From positions 16,432,001 through 16,496,000 of the forward strand of contig NW_024704743.1 of the NCBI RefSeq assembly GCF_018977255.1: DNA of 64,000 nt. Reading direction: 5' to 3'. The DNA is from Callorhinchus milii (Eukaryota). Made by a program: the position numbers and the translations under genes. This document shows positions 36,301 through 51,300 of the stretch, piece by piece (position 1 is the first letter of the stretch; every line of letters begins with the position of its first letter). The notes below the pieces were generated by a model. That model saw only the letters and a program-made list of their open reading frames with translations. It was not told the origin of the DNA and searched no databases.

Positions 36301-39300
36301 TATAAGGTTAATGATCCACATCAGAGATATCTCAACACTATTATATATTACAGTGAAACCAGTTAAGATCAACCTAGTTTAACAGAGGTCTTAGTGGATC
36401 CAGACATCTGAGATGTCGACTCGCAGGGACACCTTAACTCTACTGTGTTTGGAGTGGGGTTTCCTCGAGTCAGAGTAAGATGTGTGACACTTCAGTATGG
36501 AAGGGATGACCACTTGGATTTCCTCATTAAGATATCTGTTAAGAAATGCTGCAAAATTGACTCTTTGTGTTTTATTTCATTAAAAGCTAATAGACTGTTT
36601 TCCCTCTTTCTGCAGTTTCTGTCTTTGAGTCAGAGTTTTACATTAGTGGAATTGCACCACTTGGTGAGCATCTGGTCCTCTTGTATTATGTGAAGGAGGT
36701 GTTTGAACAAGCGGTAAGGAAACAATGGCTCAAACCTGTCAAGTTAATAAGGGATGTGATGTTGCTTAATGCTTTTCTAGTTTGGGGAAATCATGGAAAC
36801 TCTAACTCTTAACAACAACTTGCATGTTTATAGCTGCCTTCATAAGGGATAGCATCTCGCATCTTCTTAAGCGGGGTTACCTTGGAGCGATCAGTCACCG
36901 GGGGCAGGGGAGTCATCCCGCTCAGCTCCTTTTAACCCTGCAAGCCAAAGCCCTAACAGGTAGGGTGGTCCTAGCTGGGCAAGCAGTGGGAAAGCTTGCC
37001 GGACAGCAATATCAATGGAAGCTATGTGGTTTTAGCTGGTTAGACTCCAGCAGTACCCTAACTCACACTCTGAGGTCCCCAAGCCTTGGCTCTTGCGAAC
37101 CTGGGCCTAATACTTTTCTGAATTAGGTGAGCAGGATGCATCCTTTCATGGAAAGAGTGCATATTCCATTCCAACAATCTATCTCTGGGATTTCCATGTG
37201 TAGTTGGGATGCATGGAAATCTCAGCTTGGTTTGGATACTCTTAAGCATGGTGATGGGTTTCCGCATATGACAGCCATCCGGCTGACCAAAAAAAAAGGC
37301 TTCTCTGAGCGCTGAGTCTTAAGACTTTACAGAAAATAATTTAGTTGTCAAATGATGAGATCAAGACTTTCCCCTTACTTCTCATTATAAACCGCTGTAA
37401 TGATGACATGTTTGGTCAATTGTCTTAATGTTGGATCATCCATTTTCTCTCCAAAAGACTTCTGAAAATGCATTAATTTGCTCCAACACTGCTTCCGAAG
37501 CAGTAAAATTAATCTTGTGGAGTATTAAGGCCCAAACAATGAATCTGTATTCTAATGGAAACTTACCTTAAGGTACCCAACTAATCTGATCAACTCACTA
37601 TGGTGTGTCACTCTTTTTCACTGCAACATATTAAATAGTACAGTAATGCAAACTCTAGTGACCTCAGCCTCCTCATGTGTCAAAATTCCTCACTTTGTTT
37701 TCTGACCTTACCTGTAAGTTTCCACTGTGTTTTGTTTGCTTTCAAAAGTACAACTGCATATTTCAAATGACTGTTATACTTCTGTTTAGATAATCAGCAG
37801 ATGATGTGAAATATGTTAAGATATGACACTATTTGAAAAAAGAAAGGAATTTCTCTTGGTGTCCTGGCCAACAATCCTCCTGATCAAATTGGTCATTCAC
37901 TTCATGGTTGTTTGTGGCACCTTGCTGTTGTGTTCATCTGCAAATACAATCACTATTCTTTACAGTAAATCTTGTGAATCTCTTTGTGATGGTTCAACGA
38001 TCTGATCAGGAGATATATCAAATGCAAGGATTATTAATGTGAGTTTCAGTTACAGTTCACAAAACGCTCCCATCTTGAGATGCTGATTTAATTGTTTGTA
38101 GCGACATTACCAAATGTAATAAAACTTTGGAACTTAAGAAAATTAGTATTTTCCCTAATTATTGCAAATTCTATTTGATATTATTATGCTTGCATTTGAT
38201 ATAGGGTCTTCCACATCACAAGGATGTCTCAAAGTGCTCGTGGCCTATGGTGGAAGTGAATTTGCGTACATCAATGTCTGTTAAACAGCCATGAAGTGAA
38301 TGACCAAGTTTCTTTGGGGATTGTTGGTCTGGAATAGTATTGGGAATCTTTAAAATCCAGGAACTGGTGGGAAAAATTAGAGATTGAGATAATGTATAAA
38401 TGTGTATAAGAGTAAATTGATCATTGATCATTTCTTTATTAAAAAGGACAAAGAGCATTGTTCACGACCCCGGCTTGACATCGTTCAGCATTTGCCAGAT
38501 TCGTATGAGGAAGTCTCCTCTGATGCTCTGTCTGTTCGAAGCTTCCAGGAAAATGAATGTAGAGATTACCGTTTAGGTGAGGAATGGACCAATATCTGCT
38601 CCCTCAGGTCAGCTTTATGGGGGCAGGAGTCGGAGGGGAGAAGAGAGAGAGAGGAGCACAAAAGACATTTGATTTTTAATTGTATTACAGCCGTTAAACA
38701 CAAGTGGGTCAATCTTATATTTAAAGGTATAACAGTACAAATACTAAACATGTAATAAAACTGCATAATAATCAAATTAACAGAATAAAAAGGATTAAAA
38801 TGTCTACAACTATAGGGTTCACATGAGTAAAATTTAGCAAAAGCATATACACATTCTCATGATGCATCATTCTTAACTCACAGCCAGAATGCTTCCCAGG
38901 TCAGTTTGAAAATGTCCATCACTATAATGAATAACTAATATCTCATTCGGAACCACAAATGCCATGGCAGTTTATATGTGAACATCTAAAATTCCACCAA
39001 CTTATGCGTGTTCCCACCAAGATGTGGCCCCATTGCCAAGTCACTAGGGGACCATTGGAAGGCTCCTAAATATACTGCTGTTGAATTGGAGTTCTAACAT
39101 TCTGGCTTTGTTGTGTTTTTCTTAATATAAATAGTTTTTCATTCTTATACCTAATAATCAGGATATAATATCTATCCATCTCTCTCTCCCCTAAATCCCT
39201 CAACTGATTTGTCATCTATGACTTTCTCTACTGTGCATTCCAGTTTCTTATTGCTCTTTATAAGAAGATTTTTTTTCCCCTCAACTCATTCCTAAACCGT

Positions 39301-42300
39301 TTTGCCCTAATTTACAGCCCATGTCATCCTGATTGATCCACCAAGGGGAAAAATCATTCAATGTTTTTGTCAAACCCTTTCATAATTCTAAATACTTTGA
39401 TCAAATCAATCATCCTTGGCTCTACAGATTAATTTCCAACCTGTCCAGCCTTTCATTATAGATTAGCAACTCCCCCCCACCCCCCACCATGCCCCCACTA
39501 TATGATTTCTATGAACCTACAATGCATTCTCTCCAAAGTCAAATTTCTGTCATAAGGTGCACAAAACTGCACACCCAGGTTTTCTAACACGGTTAATTGT
39601 AATTTTTGAAATTTGTGTCCCTGTTTTGGATTTCTCGACCAGAGGGAAAAGTTGATAGCTGTCTAAGTGGTCAATTCCCTTTATTATTAATTGCCTTAGA
39701 AGTCTAAAATGCAACAATTTCCAATGGGATTCCTTATTTAAGGACACTGGAATCGTTAAATAAACAGCTTGATGCTATGATGAGAGGACAACAGGGAGGG
39801 CTATTCTGGAAGGATGAGATCAAAGGACCTTCTTCATCCAAACCTCTCTTGATCTTGTGGGTACAATGCACCAAAAGTGGAGTTTGCAAGTGGAAATCCC
39901 TTGAGCCTGAGTGATGTGCATCCACATCCACTTTAATTATGGAATTCCATTTGACATCAGTGTGTTTTAGCCTCCAATGTGCTACCGTCTCAACGAACGT
40001 AAATTATTTAAAATAAATGGAAAAGACTTATTGAACCTGGAGTGTTATGTGGCAGGCTTGAAAGACATGAGGTTTATATTTAGTGATTATGAATAATTGA
40101 AAACCAAAATGGAAATGTGTTTCTATAATATAATGTTCAGATGAATTGTAAAGTAGGTGAAGGGTTGGCCCTGTGGTTTTTAAAAGAATATAATACATTC
40201 TTCAGAGTGATTCCTCATATGAACCCTAACTGATTATTGGGATGGTAGTTTTTTTGGTGCACATCATATAACTTTATAAATTTTGCACAGATTTACAGTG
40301 AGTTGAATTTACTGTAAATGTAGTTTGTTTTGGGGCAACCCATAATTTAAGCATGTTTTTCTGGATATTTTATAGTTTACATTTTATAGGCATTTAAGCA
40401 TACAGAAAATGCCTCAGATTTCTGGACATGGATAACCTTTGTATTTGAACTCTGGCAAAACGTACTAGCAAATATTTCAACTTCTAATTCTCTGAAACCT
40501 TTCTGTTCATACCTAACTCTGTCTGAGCCAGCGTTTCTCACAAAGATGATGAGTTGTGTCCTCTTGCAGCTCCAAGGTATAAGAATGACCAATCTCACAA
40601 AATTCCAGTCTCATTCACTTCATATATCTTCATTGTGTTTTGGCACATTGCATACACTTAGAGCTTATTGCCCACAAAATACACTGTCACTGCACTTTAT
40701 AGTAAATTAGTGAAGCGTTTGAAACATCCTCTGCCTCTGCGACCTCCTAACCCCAAATCTGCCTGTCCGCTCCCTCCACTCGACGGACACCGGCCTACTT
40801 CAGGCCCCCCGCACTTCCTGCCCTACTGCCAGTCGGGCATTCAGCATCTCTTCCCCCATACGCTGGGATTCTATCCCGCAATCCCTCTGCCTCACCCCCT
40901 CTCTTGCCCCTTCAAGTCCCGTCTGTCATGTTTTACCTACAAATAATAATAATAATCCTTGCATTTGATATAGTCCCTGATCATGTTGTTGAGACGTCTC
41001 AAAGCACTTCACTGCAAAGGGAATTGACTGTATATTTTATGGGCGAAACACAGCAGCCAATTGTGCACAGCAATGTCCCACATACAGTCGTGTTTAATAT
41101 AATACAATAATTAAATACAGTCACGTAACCTCACAGTAATTTCTTGTGAGATGTTTCGATGTGATGATTCACAGTAAAAATGCAAATTTTACTTTCTGGT
41201 TCCAAATAAACTTGGATTTGGGCCTCAGTGTAAAGCAGACTATTTACGAAATGAAAAATGACCTTCTTACTCTTGATGCAGAGCACTCTGAGGGCGAGTC
41301 GCTGTTTTATATCATCAGTCCGAAGGACATTGTTGTCGCCAAGGAACGGGATCAAGATGACCACATTGAGTGGCTACTTGGAAAAAAGAAGTATGAAGTA
41401 GGTATCCTTCTCTTACACTCTCTTTGTATGTTAATGTTGTAAAGCTTTTGTTTTGGGGAAATCTACAGATTTCTTTATCTTGTTTTTAGGAGGCTATGAT
41501 GGCTGCTGAAATCAGTCAGAAGAATATAAAAAGGCACAACATGCTGGTGAGTAAGAATGCATGCTGGTGGCATTATGGTGGAATCTTGATTTCATTCTCT
41601 TCCTTGATTATCCACCGAATACTGGTATTTTAGGATTTCGGGATGGGAGTTTATCAGAGTGGACAATAGCAGTGGAGATCTGTTTTTCATTGCATACTCG
41701 ATTTAAATATTAAGAATAACGTATATTGAGAGAGAAAATCTCTGGTGGATTGAGCTAGAGGACTTGGAAGTTATACTTGTAACTACAGTTGAAACCCGGT
41801 TTGCGGTCACCTCACAACCACCTCACAATTGCGGGCACATTTTCACAGTACAAACACCCCCCTACTACTAACCTGTACAGTACACAGTGCGCTAGGCCTC
41901 GGGCTTCTCGCGCTGTTTCCTCAGCTCTGCTACTGCGGGTGCAGTGGGCTCTGGTTGCGCATGCGCCACGCAGGGAGTGTTGGGATTCTGGAAGCGGCGC
42001 AAACGGAAAATCAACTTCGCCCGGTGCCTGTGGCCTAACCTGAGCTCCTGTAGCCAATTCTTGGTAAGTGCTGTAAACATGCCACCATGGAAGGAGTTGT
42101 CCTTACGTGAGAGAGTGGACTTAACCAAAAACAGTGGGAAAAAGTCAGACCGTTAGCTGTGATCTATGGCATTGGCAGAACATAAGTTGGATGCATTCTT
42201 AAAAGGATGGCTGAATATATGACAGCTTTTGTTTTATGTGTGACAGTGCCTTTATTTTAATGAGATTGCAAAGTACGGTTGTTGAACATTCATCACACTT

Positions 42301-45300
42301 ACAGGGTGAAATCTTGGGAAAGTTTCCTTACTCCACACCCCTGATAATAATCCTTCAAAAAAAAAACAATAATAATTTGATCACTTCAATCCACGACTGT
42401 TTTTGGCACACTGCTGTGTGTTGGCTGCTGCGTTTCGCCCACAAAAATGTGGTCAATTCACTTTACAGTATATTCTGTGAAGCGCTTTGAGACGTCTCGA
42501 AGATGTGAAAAGCGCTATATCAAATTCAAGGATTATTATTTTTATTATTGTTGCCCGTTACCAACGCCCTTAACATTACCAATGCCCTTAACATTACCTC
42601 AGTATATAACCCGACCTGTTATAGTAATCAGGTCACCTCACTCTTTAGGTCCCTTTTACCCAGTCACTTGAGTGACCGGTTAGTGAGGTTCTACTGTACT
42701 TTAAAATCCCAAAGTCTTCATGCTTCTCTGTGTGTGCGTATGAGTGTGTGTACTTCCAAAGTATTAACACTCGGGTCTGATTATGTTTAGAGTAAGATTT
42801 TTTCAAAGATAATGACCAAGTTCTTCTGCACCTCGAATTGAACGAATCATTTGAGTTTCCCTGAAACTCACTCCGATTTGTTAAAAGATACAATACAAAT
42901 TTGCATTAATATAGCAACAACAACAACAAAATTACATTTGTATAGCGCCTTTCACGTAGGGAGGACGTCACAAGGCGCTGGATAGATAGAGTTATGGACC
43001 CGAGCTGGGAGTTGGGGTGGGGGAGAGTGGAGGGCCTGGAAAGTAGGGAGATCAAAAGCATGGTCAAAGAGGAGGGTCTTGAGATGGGTCTTGAAGGTGG
43101 CAAGCGAGGAGGCGAGGTGGAGGGATTGCGGGATGTAGTTCCAGAAGGTGGGGCCAGAGCTGCTGAAGGCCCGCCCGCCACTAGTGGGACTAGCAAGGCA
43201 GGGGGATGTGAAACAGGCAGGAGTCCGTTGAGCGGAGGGAGCGGGCAGGTTGGTAGGGGGTTAGGAGGTCGCAGAGGTAGTGGGGAGCAAGGCTTTGGAG
43301 GGCTTTGAAGGTGAGGACCAGGATCTTGAACTGTATCCTCTGTGTGATGGGAAGCCAGTGGAGTTGGGCAAGGATGGAGGTGATAGGGTCGCGGATCCTG
43401 GTGCAGGAGAGGCCACGGGCTGCAGAGTTCTGGATGATCTGCAGCCCGTGGAAGGAGAAGTTGGGGAGGCCGACAAGCAGTTAGTTTGCATAGTCGAGCC
43501 TCGATGTAATGAAAACGTATATGAGGGTTTTGGCAGCCTGCGGTGTGAGACTGTGGCGGAGCTGGGCGACATTGCAAGAGGTGGGGGAAGGGAAAGCGGG
43601 TCATGGCACAGATGTGCGGTAGAAAGGATAGTTGAGGATCGAACAAGACCCCAAGGTTCTGGACTGACTTAGTGAGGTGAAGTGTGCATCTGTGGATGGT
43701 GATGTTATCAGCGCCTGAGGTGTGGAGGCGCTGACGGGAGCCAATCAGGAGAGCCTCGGTCTTGTTGACGTTCAACTGAAGAAAGTTAGTTCTCATCCAG
43801 GACTTGACGTCTGACAGACATTCTGTCAGGTCAGCAGTGGTCCTGGAGTCAAGGGTGGAGGCATAGAGGTAGGGTGTCATATAGGGTGTCATCCACATAC
43901 ATGTTTGTGTTTGTGGATGATGCCACCAAGAGGGAGCATATAGATACTGAAGAGGAGGGGACCAAGGACGGAGCCCTGAGCACACTGCACGAGACGGTCC
44001 GGGGACTAGAGGAGAAGCCGTTTGTGGAGATGGTGTGCAGGCGGTGTGAGAGGTATGATCTGAACCAGTCAATGACAAAGCCGTGAAAGGTTGAGGTGAG
44101 AGGAGAGTTGGTGGATGAGGATAGAGTGGTTGACGGTGTCGAAGGCAGCAGAGAGGTCAAGGAGGACAGGAGGCAGAGGGAGCCCTGGTCGCAGATGGAC
44201 AGAATGTTATTTGTCACTTTGAATATGGCTGTTTCTGTGCTGTGGGCGGCACGGAAACGTGATGGGAGGGGTTCAAGAAGGGAGTGGCGGGAGAGGAAGG
44301 TGCAAAGCTGAGAAGCAACAACTCATTCCAGGACCTTGGATAAGAAAGAGAGGTTGGAGATGGGGCGGTAGTTATGGAATAGAGAAGGGTCCAAAGGAGG
44401 GCTTTTTAAAGAATAGGAGCGATGACAGCAGTTTTTAATGGGGTGGGAACAGTGCCAGAGGACAAGGAGAGGTTTACTATGTCAGTGAGTAGAGCGGCAA
44501 GGAGGTGAACTGAGAGTTAAGGAGAGGGGTAGGAATGGCGTCAAGGGGGCAGGTGGTCGGTTTCATACGGGTTATGGCAGTGATGAGAGAGGAGGTGAAT
44601 ACAGGTTCAAAGGTGTGGAGGGAGGGATGGGTAGGGGCTGGGGTGGGATGAGGAGATGGGGAGGGGGTAGCAGATGCAGAGGTAGCTGAGTGGATTCCCT
44701 TGACTTTGGATTCGAGGAAGTCCAGCATCGCCTCGCAGTTGGCATTTGAGGTGAGGATGGGCGAGGCGTAAGAGGGTGGCCGGAGGAGCCAGTTCGTGAT
44801 GGAGAGGAGGAGCCTGGGGTTGTCCTTAGCCTCCAAGATTGCCTTTGAGTAGAACGACGATTTAGCGGAGGCGAGGGTGGAGTGGTAGGACTTGATATGG
44901 TCCAACCAGATCTGCCGATGGACCATTAGGTTAGATTTAAGCCAGGTGCGCTCAGCGGAACGCGCCTGTGCTTTAAGGGAGCGGAGATGGCTGGTGTACC
45001 TTTCATGCTGGGAGGATGTCCCAAGATCAACGACTCTTTCTTGTTGGTAAACCTCTGAAACTGTTTATCTGGAGAAGCTAGTGGGGGAAATCATCAGAAC
45101 AGCAGATCTGAACTACAGAACGGGATTGAGAGATCTGCATCATTATTTTCAGTATTATTAAGAAAATGTACAATTTTGCAATTGTTTTCTGTTTTGCATT
45201 TGACTTTTTTACCATCTACTTTTAAAGTAATAATCCTTTCATTTGACATTGCATCTTTTAAGTCAGTAGGAATAAAGAGCTTCACAGGATATACTGTAAA

Positions 45301-48300
45301 GTGTAGTAACTATGCATTTTTATAAGCGAACATCTGTGTATGTCCATACATATTTAAATTTATGATTCGTATATTTGGAATTCACAGATTATTTTTAATT
45401 GGAAAACAAACTAGTATGATTGCTGATATGTTTCTGCCCTTATTTTGTGGAGGCCGAAGAACGACTTCCTGGTGTTTTATTGTTGGCCGAGGTTAGCCTC
45501 AGTTAGGTGGTTTGCACCTACATAATGGGTGCAACCTGCAGAATAAAGTCAGAAGGAGCGAATCCAGGTGCAGCTGAGATTTGTAGTAACTAAGAATGGG
45601 GCTACAGAGAGGGCATTCAATGATAGATAAGCCAATCGATTGTAAAGTTGTGACAATATTGTATTTCTAGAATCATCTATTGTGTTTTTATTGTTTTTTT
45701 CAATAAAGTGCTTCAGAATTTTATTGTGAAATTTCTTTTGAAATTTTTCAAGGACATTTATCAATAATATGTTGAGGGCACTTCTTGTATTTTGACTTAA
45801 AGGTTCCCCTGGAGTATGTGTTTTTTTTTTAACTGCATCTGTATCCGTATTATAGGCAAACGTGGAAAATATGTGTTCCATTCCAGACTCAGGAAAATTT
45901 CCACGTATAGGTTGGCGTACATATGGGAAAATCTGTCAGGGTTGGATACTGCAAAGTGTTTTCTGCCAATGTCAGATTATTTAATATAATATTAAAACGT
46001 AATATTATACCCAGTATTACGTTTCCCCAAAACGTAATACCGGGTATAATATGATTGTTGGAAACTAACTCATTAGAATATAATGCAATATATGTATTTG
46101 ATGGCTTTTTGTTTTCTAGGATATCGGCAGAGCCTATATAGACTATTTAGTGGAGAAAGGAGATTATCATGGAGCCGCAAGGTAAGTTTAATACTTGCCT
46201 TGAAGAGAACCTGTGGATGGCGGCTGTTGTTTTCATGACTACTTTGTCTTCTAGGAAATGTCAGAAAGTACTTGGCAAGAACATGGATCTCTGGGAAAAT
46301 GAAGTGTACCGATTTAGAAAGATGGGGCAGCTCAAGGCAAGTGCTCGCTCTGTGATTTTTTAATAAATATATGTATTCAGCTGTACAGTATTGGGAAACC
46401 TTGTGCAGAGGGTACAACTCGGCAAGCTGTTCAACAGCAATGAGGTTCCTTTCGCGAATGGAGAACGCCTCAGAGTTTCACATAGCCAACAAGAAAAGCT
46501 GAGGAAACGGAGAGTAAGGCGATTGAAAGTGCAGTCACAAAGATGAGTTTGAAGCAGGCTTTAAATGTCGGGATTGAGCAATGGAGGCAGACTCCAGGAA
46601 GGGGTTCCAGAGAGCCAAAACAGAATGGGCAAGAGCTCGGCCATTGGAGCGGTGGGAACGTGAAGCAGGGCAATGTTAGCTGAGCAGATGGAGTGGTCGT
46701 GGCAGTAGGGTTGTAGGAGGTTGCAGAGATAAGGTGAGGTTGAGGTGGTTGGACAAGGCCATGGAGGGATTTGAACACGAGGTCAAGGATCTTAAATTCA
46801 ATCCACTAGGACATTGGGAGCCGAAGGAGCTTGGCGAGGATGGGGGTAATGGACTCCTGAAGTCTGGTATGAGAGGATGGAGGACACGGGCTGCAGAATT
46901 CTGAATATTCTGCGTCCTGTGGAAGGCGGAGCTGGGGAATTAGGCAAACGGTGGTGGAATAACGAAGCTGTGGATGAGGGTCTTAGCAGCCTGGGAGGAG
47001 AGGTAGTGTCAGAAGTGGGTGATGTTAGAGAGGGAAGGAAATGCCGAGCGAGTGATCCATGGTTTGAACAAGAACCTGAGGTTCCACGTGGGCTTTGTGA
47101 AATGAAGTGAGCATCCTGACAGATCGATGCAGTAAGCAGCTGAGGTAAGAAGGTGCTTATGGGAACCAAGCAGGAGAGTCTCGGTCTTGTTGACATTCAA
47201 CTGAAGAAAGTTAATGAGTGCAGGTCATTCAGAACTCTGCAGCTCGTGTACTGTCCCGCACCAGGCTTCGGGACCACATCACTCCCACCCTCGCTCGCCT
47301 CCACTGGCTCCCCATCCCCCAGAGGATCAAATTCAAGATCATCATCCTCACCTACAAGGCCATTCACGGCCTTGCTCCCTCCTACCTCTCTGACCTACTA
47401 TCCCCCTACTTACCTGCCCGTACCCTCCGTTCCTCTGGCTCCGGTTTGCTCCACATACCCCGCCCCAACCGCCCTACCATCAGTGGCCGGACCTTCAGCC
47501 TCTCAGCCCCGAGGCTCTGGAACTCCATCCCCCAGTGCCTTCACCGCTTCCTCCCTTTCCTCCTTCAAGGCCAGTCTCAAAACCTTTCTCTTCAACCGTG
47601 TCTTCACCTCCCCTCTCGACTCTCTACCCCCTCCTCGCTCCCTCCCTTCCCTCCCCTCACCCTGACCAGACCCGACCCAACTGTCCAGCTTGGGACTTGG
47701 GACGTCCTCCCGACGTGAAAGGCGCTCTATAAATGCAATCTTGTTGTTGTTGATGATGATAGTCCTGGAATCGATGTTTGAGGAAATAATAGTTGGGTGT
47801 TGTTCATGTACGTGTGATTGGGGGACTTGATATTTGCAGATGATGTTGCTAAGGGCGAGCATACAGACGGTGAAATTAACCCCATGATCATCTTCTGTCT
47901 TTACGACTGTAAAACTTTAATATGTGCTCCCTCGCTTGGTTCCTCAGTCCCACAATTATTTTATGTAATAACTGAACTGTTTCTACCACCGAACACTGGA
48001 CTGTCCAGTTCTCTAAAATGTATCTAATCTTTGAGTCTGCGTGCATTGTTCCTTATTGTTTGCTCTCTCTCCTAGGTCTGATAATGTCATTTTTCCAGTA
48101 TGTTGCTGTCCTGTCACAACAGGAGACATTTATAGATTTATTCATCATATGTGCAGCTTGGTTTCAAATCCATTTATCGTACAGTGGCTATAATGTCAAT
48201 GTCTTTCTCTAAGTATTGCAGGTTTTTCAGTTAAATACCTACCACCCTATCAATCTGTATTACTTTAGGGATTTCCGATCGGTCCCAAAGTAAATCGTTT

Positions 48301-51300
48301 CCTGCTGTTTCAAGCCCTACACTTTCCCAGCTCCAGCTGTGCTTTGTTAGCCAGTGAAAGGCTTGAATATTTGAATGTTTTCTCTATATTTTGATGACTG
48401 TCCAGTATTAAAAAGATTACTGATCATTTCAAATGATGTTAGCTTTAGTTAAACTATATTTGATGGTCTATTGTACCTTGTACAGTCTAAATTATGTTGA
48501 TATGAGTTTTAAAAATAAGATTTTAGGGATTACACATGATCATTTTTCACTTTGACATTTGGGATGGCAGCAGTTTTTCTTGCAATAACAACAGCAATTT
48601 GCATTCATACAGCACCCCAGAGCGCTTGATAGTGGCAGAGCACGTCACTGAGCCGAGGGAGGAGGGAGGTGACCATAGACATGATTGAAGAGAACGATCT
48701 TCAGACCCGACCTGAAGATGGGGCAGGAGGGGGCAAGACATAGAGATAGAGAAAGTGTTCCAGGTTTTGTTGGGGGTGTACTGCTTGAAAGCAATAGTGG
48801 AATGGAGGGGCACAAGGGACAAGAAGGAGGCTGTATGCAGTCAAGCGGAGGAGTGGGTTGGGGAGTAAGCAGGTCGGAGAGATAGGGAGGTGCAGGGCAT
48901 GAAGGGATTTGAAGACAAGTGAGTGGAGCTTGAAATCGATCCGTTTGGTGATAGTGAGCCAGTGGAGACTGGCAGCTAGAACTGGTGTGATGGGGATAAT
49001 GAGTTTAGTGCAATTGAGTATGGTGCAGCACAGTTTTGGATTAACTTGATAGTCAGTTAATTAACTAGTTGTCCTGGCGAACCACACTCTGGATAAATTG
49101 GTCACTCACCTTATAGCTGTTTGCAGAACCTGCTATGGGCAAAAGGCTTCCACATCTGTCTACAAAAATAATCATTAGAGTTAATGTTTGATGTCATGAA
49201 GAGCTATAAAAAATGTAGGTGTTTCCAAGTTCTTTCTTCTAATTTATACTTTCCTGCTCTACTTACTCACTGATGATTTATCACTATGTTTGGCAACAAG
49301 TGGGCTAAATTCCTATTAAATAACCATTCACTTACACACAGGTCATGTTTCTGAAATATGGTTTCATTCAGTTGTATTACATTGACGTCCAACGATAATG
49401 AGGTGATAATTTCACCACTGAAATCAGACCAGATAAAATGATAAAGTAGCCAGAAGTCTTTGTGGTCTCGAGGTTTCTTGTTGAGCACTGAGGTCAAACA
49501 ATCCTTAGGGCAAAATTATACACTCAAAATTGACAGAGAGAATGGCATCATTGATGAGCAGCCATGTGATACGGTCAATCCAAATTTGGTATTACATGCG
49601 GAGACAAATGCAGTAAACTCCTGGTAACTCGTCACTCAAAGAAAAAGGGTTCAGCGATGAGGCATCTTAGGTTAGGCACATGTATAAATACATAAATAAA
49701 TGCAGCGGGATATTGACTGCAAGATGACTTAAGTGGCAGTGACTTGTTAAACCAGGTTTGAGTTAGCGAGAACTTACTGTAGTTACTATAGTTTGAGGTG
49801 CTAAAGAAATATGATTGGGTTGGTCAGCAAGTTAAGGAAAAAGGGGGCACAGGTAGTGTAATCTGGATTTCTTCATTATTCTCCAGAAGCAGTGCAAGAG
49901 GAGGTGGGATAATTGACTTCAATAACAGTTTTAGTTATTGGCCTATAGAGAAGGGAATTGAATTTGCTGATAACTGCAAAACGTTTTCAAGTGGAAGAAA
50001 TGAACATAACTAGATGATAGCTAAACTGTTGGCACAAAGCAAAAATACAGTAATTGGAATTGATTTGAACATAGGTATAGAAAGGGAGGGCAAATGCTCC
50101 AGAAGATGAGAACGAGCTCAGGACTGTTCCATCAAAGAAACAGGGAAAGACTAGAGTTCAGAGTAAAGAATAAAACTGAACAAAAAAGAGGAAATGATGA
50201 TAATAATAATAATAATAATCCTTGCATTTGATATAGTGCCTTATCATGTCGATGAGACGTCTCAAAGTGCTTCACAGAATATATTGTAAAGTGACTTGAT
50301 TGTATTTTGTGGGCAAAAGGCAGCAGCCAGTTGTCCACTGCAGTGGCACACAAACAGTTGTGGAATGAGTGACCCAAATCTTTTTCGAACGAGTAATTAC
50401 TCACAGAGAGCGATCCACCAATCGACTAACAATCAATTTCCTACTTACTGCTAATTAATAATCCTTGTATTTGCTATAGTGCCTTTCACATCGAGAGGAT
50501 ATCTCAAAGCATTTCACATCATTTACTTTTAAATATAGTGACTGTATTTGTAGGCGAATGCAACAGGTAATTTGGACACAATAATGCCTCACAAACAGCC
50601 ATGAAGTGAATGAACAGTGTATCTGGGAAATTATTGGCCAGGACATCGGGAGGAACTCCTTTCTCTTAGCGAATAGTGGTGTAGGACCTTTAACAACCAC
50701 CTGAATAGGCAGATTGGACTTTGGGTTAACATCTCATCTGAAGGACTGTACCTCTGACAAGGCAGTTTATCCCCTGCATATCACTAGTCTGGCAGCCTGA
50801 ACGATCAATTCAAAGTCCCAAAATGGTGCTTGAAGCCACAACCTTCTGACTTGGGACGAGAGTGCTGTAACTGAGCCAACCTGATACCTAAATTAAATTA
50901 AATCACTTAAATTAAATATATAGCAAAGGGATCAAAGCAAGATTTGAGAAAAGTTTAAGGGCAAAAAGACTAAAATTGGATACTTGTTTGCTGTGTTCAT
51001 CTACGAAATACCCAGGCTTTACTCTTTACACAAAATGCTATTTGAGACTCTCTTTGGATATGAAAGGCTCAATACCAAATACCTGGTCTATTATTTAGTA
51101 GTCTCAACAGTTCAAGAGGCACAAACAGCAGTGTTTTTAAGGAGGTCTACATCAACGCTTTTCCTTTGACTTGTCAGGCTTCACATTAAAATAACGGCTT
51201 CTGAGTGGTCTAACAGTACAGAACTGAGCAGTTCCTAGCCAGCAGACAGCACAGCAAGCTCTGTCCCAATAAAACCAAAATGCCTGCATTATTGCTGGGC

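Noticed and set aside
36349..36447. Possible Tigger-like MITE (tacagtgaaacc ... ctctactgtg)
   Set aside because: TIR match too short and no TA on the right side
36930..36960. aaccct/ccctaac as a telomerase RNA template
   Set aside because: No complete CTAACCCTAA template or recognisable H/ACA end, and the element is an interspersed repeat
42906..44078. Longest ORF (390 aa) as a novel gene
   Set aside because: Mosaic of in-frame and out-of-frame L2 ORF2 sequence from a frameshifted LINE
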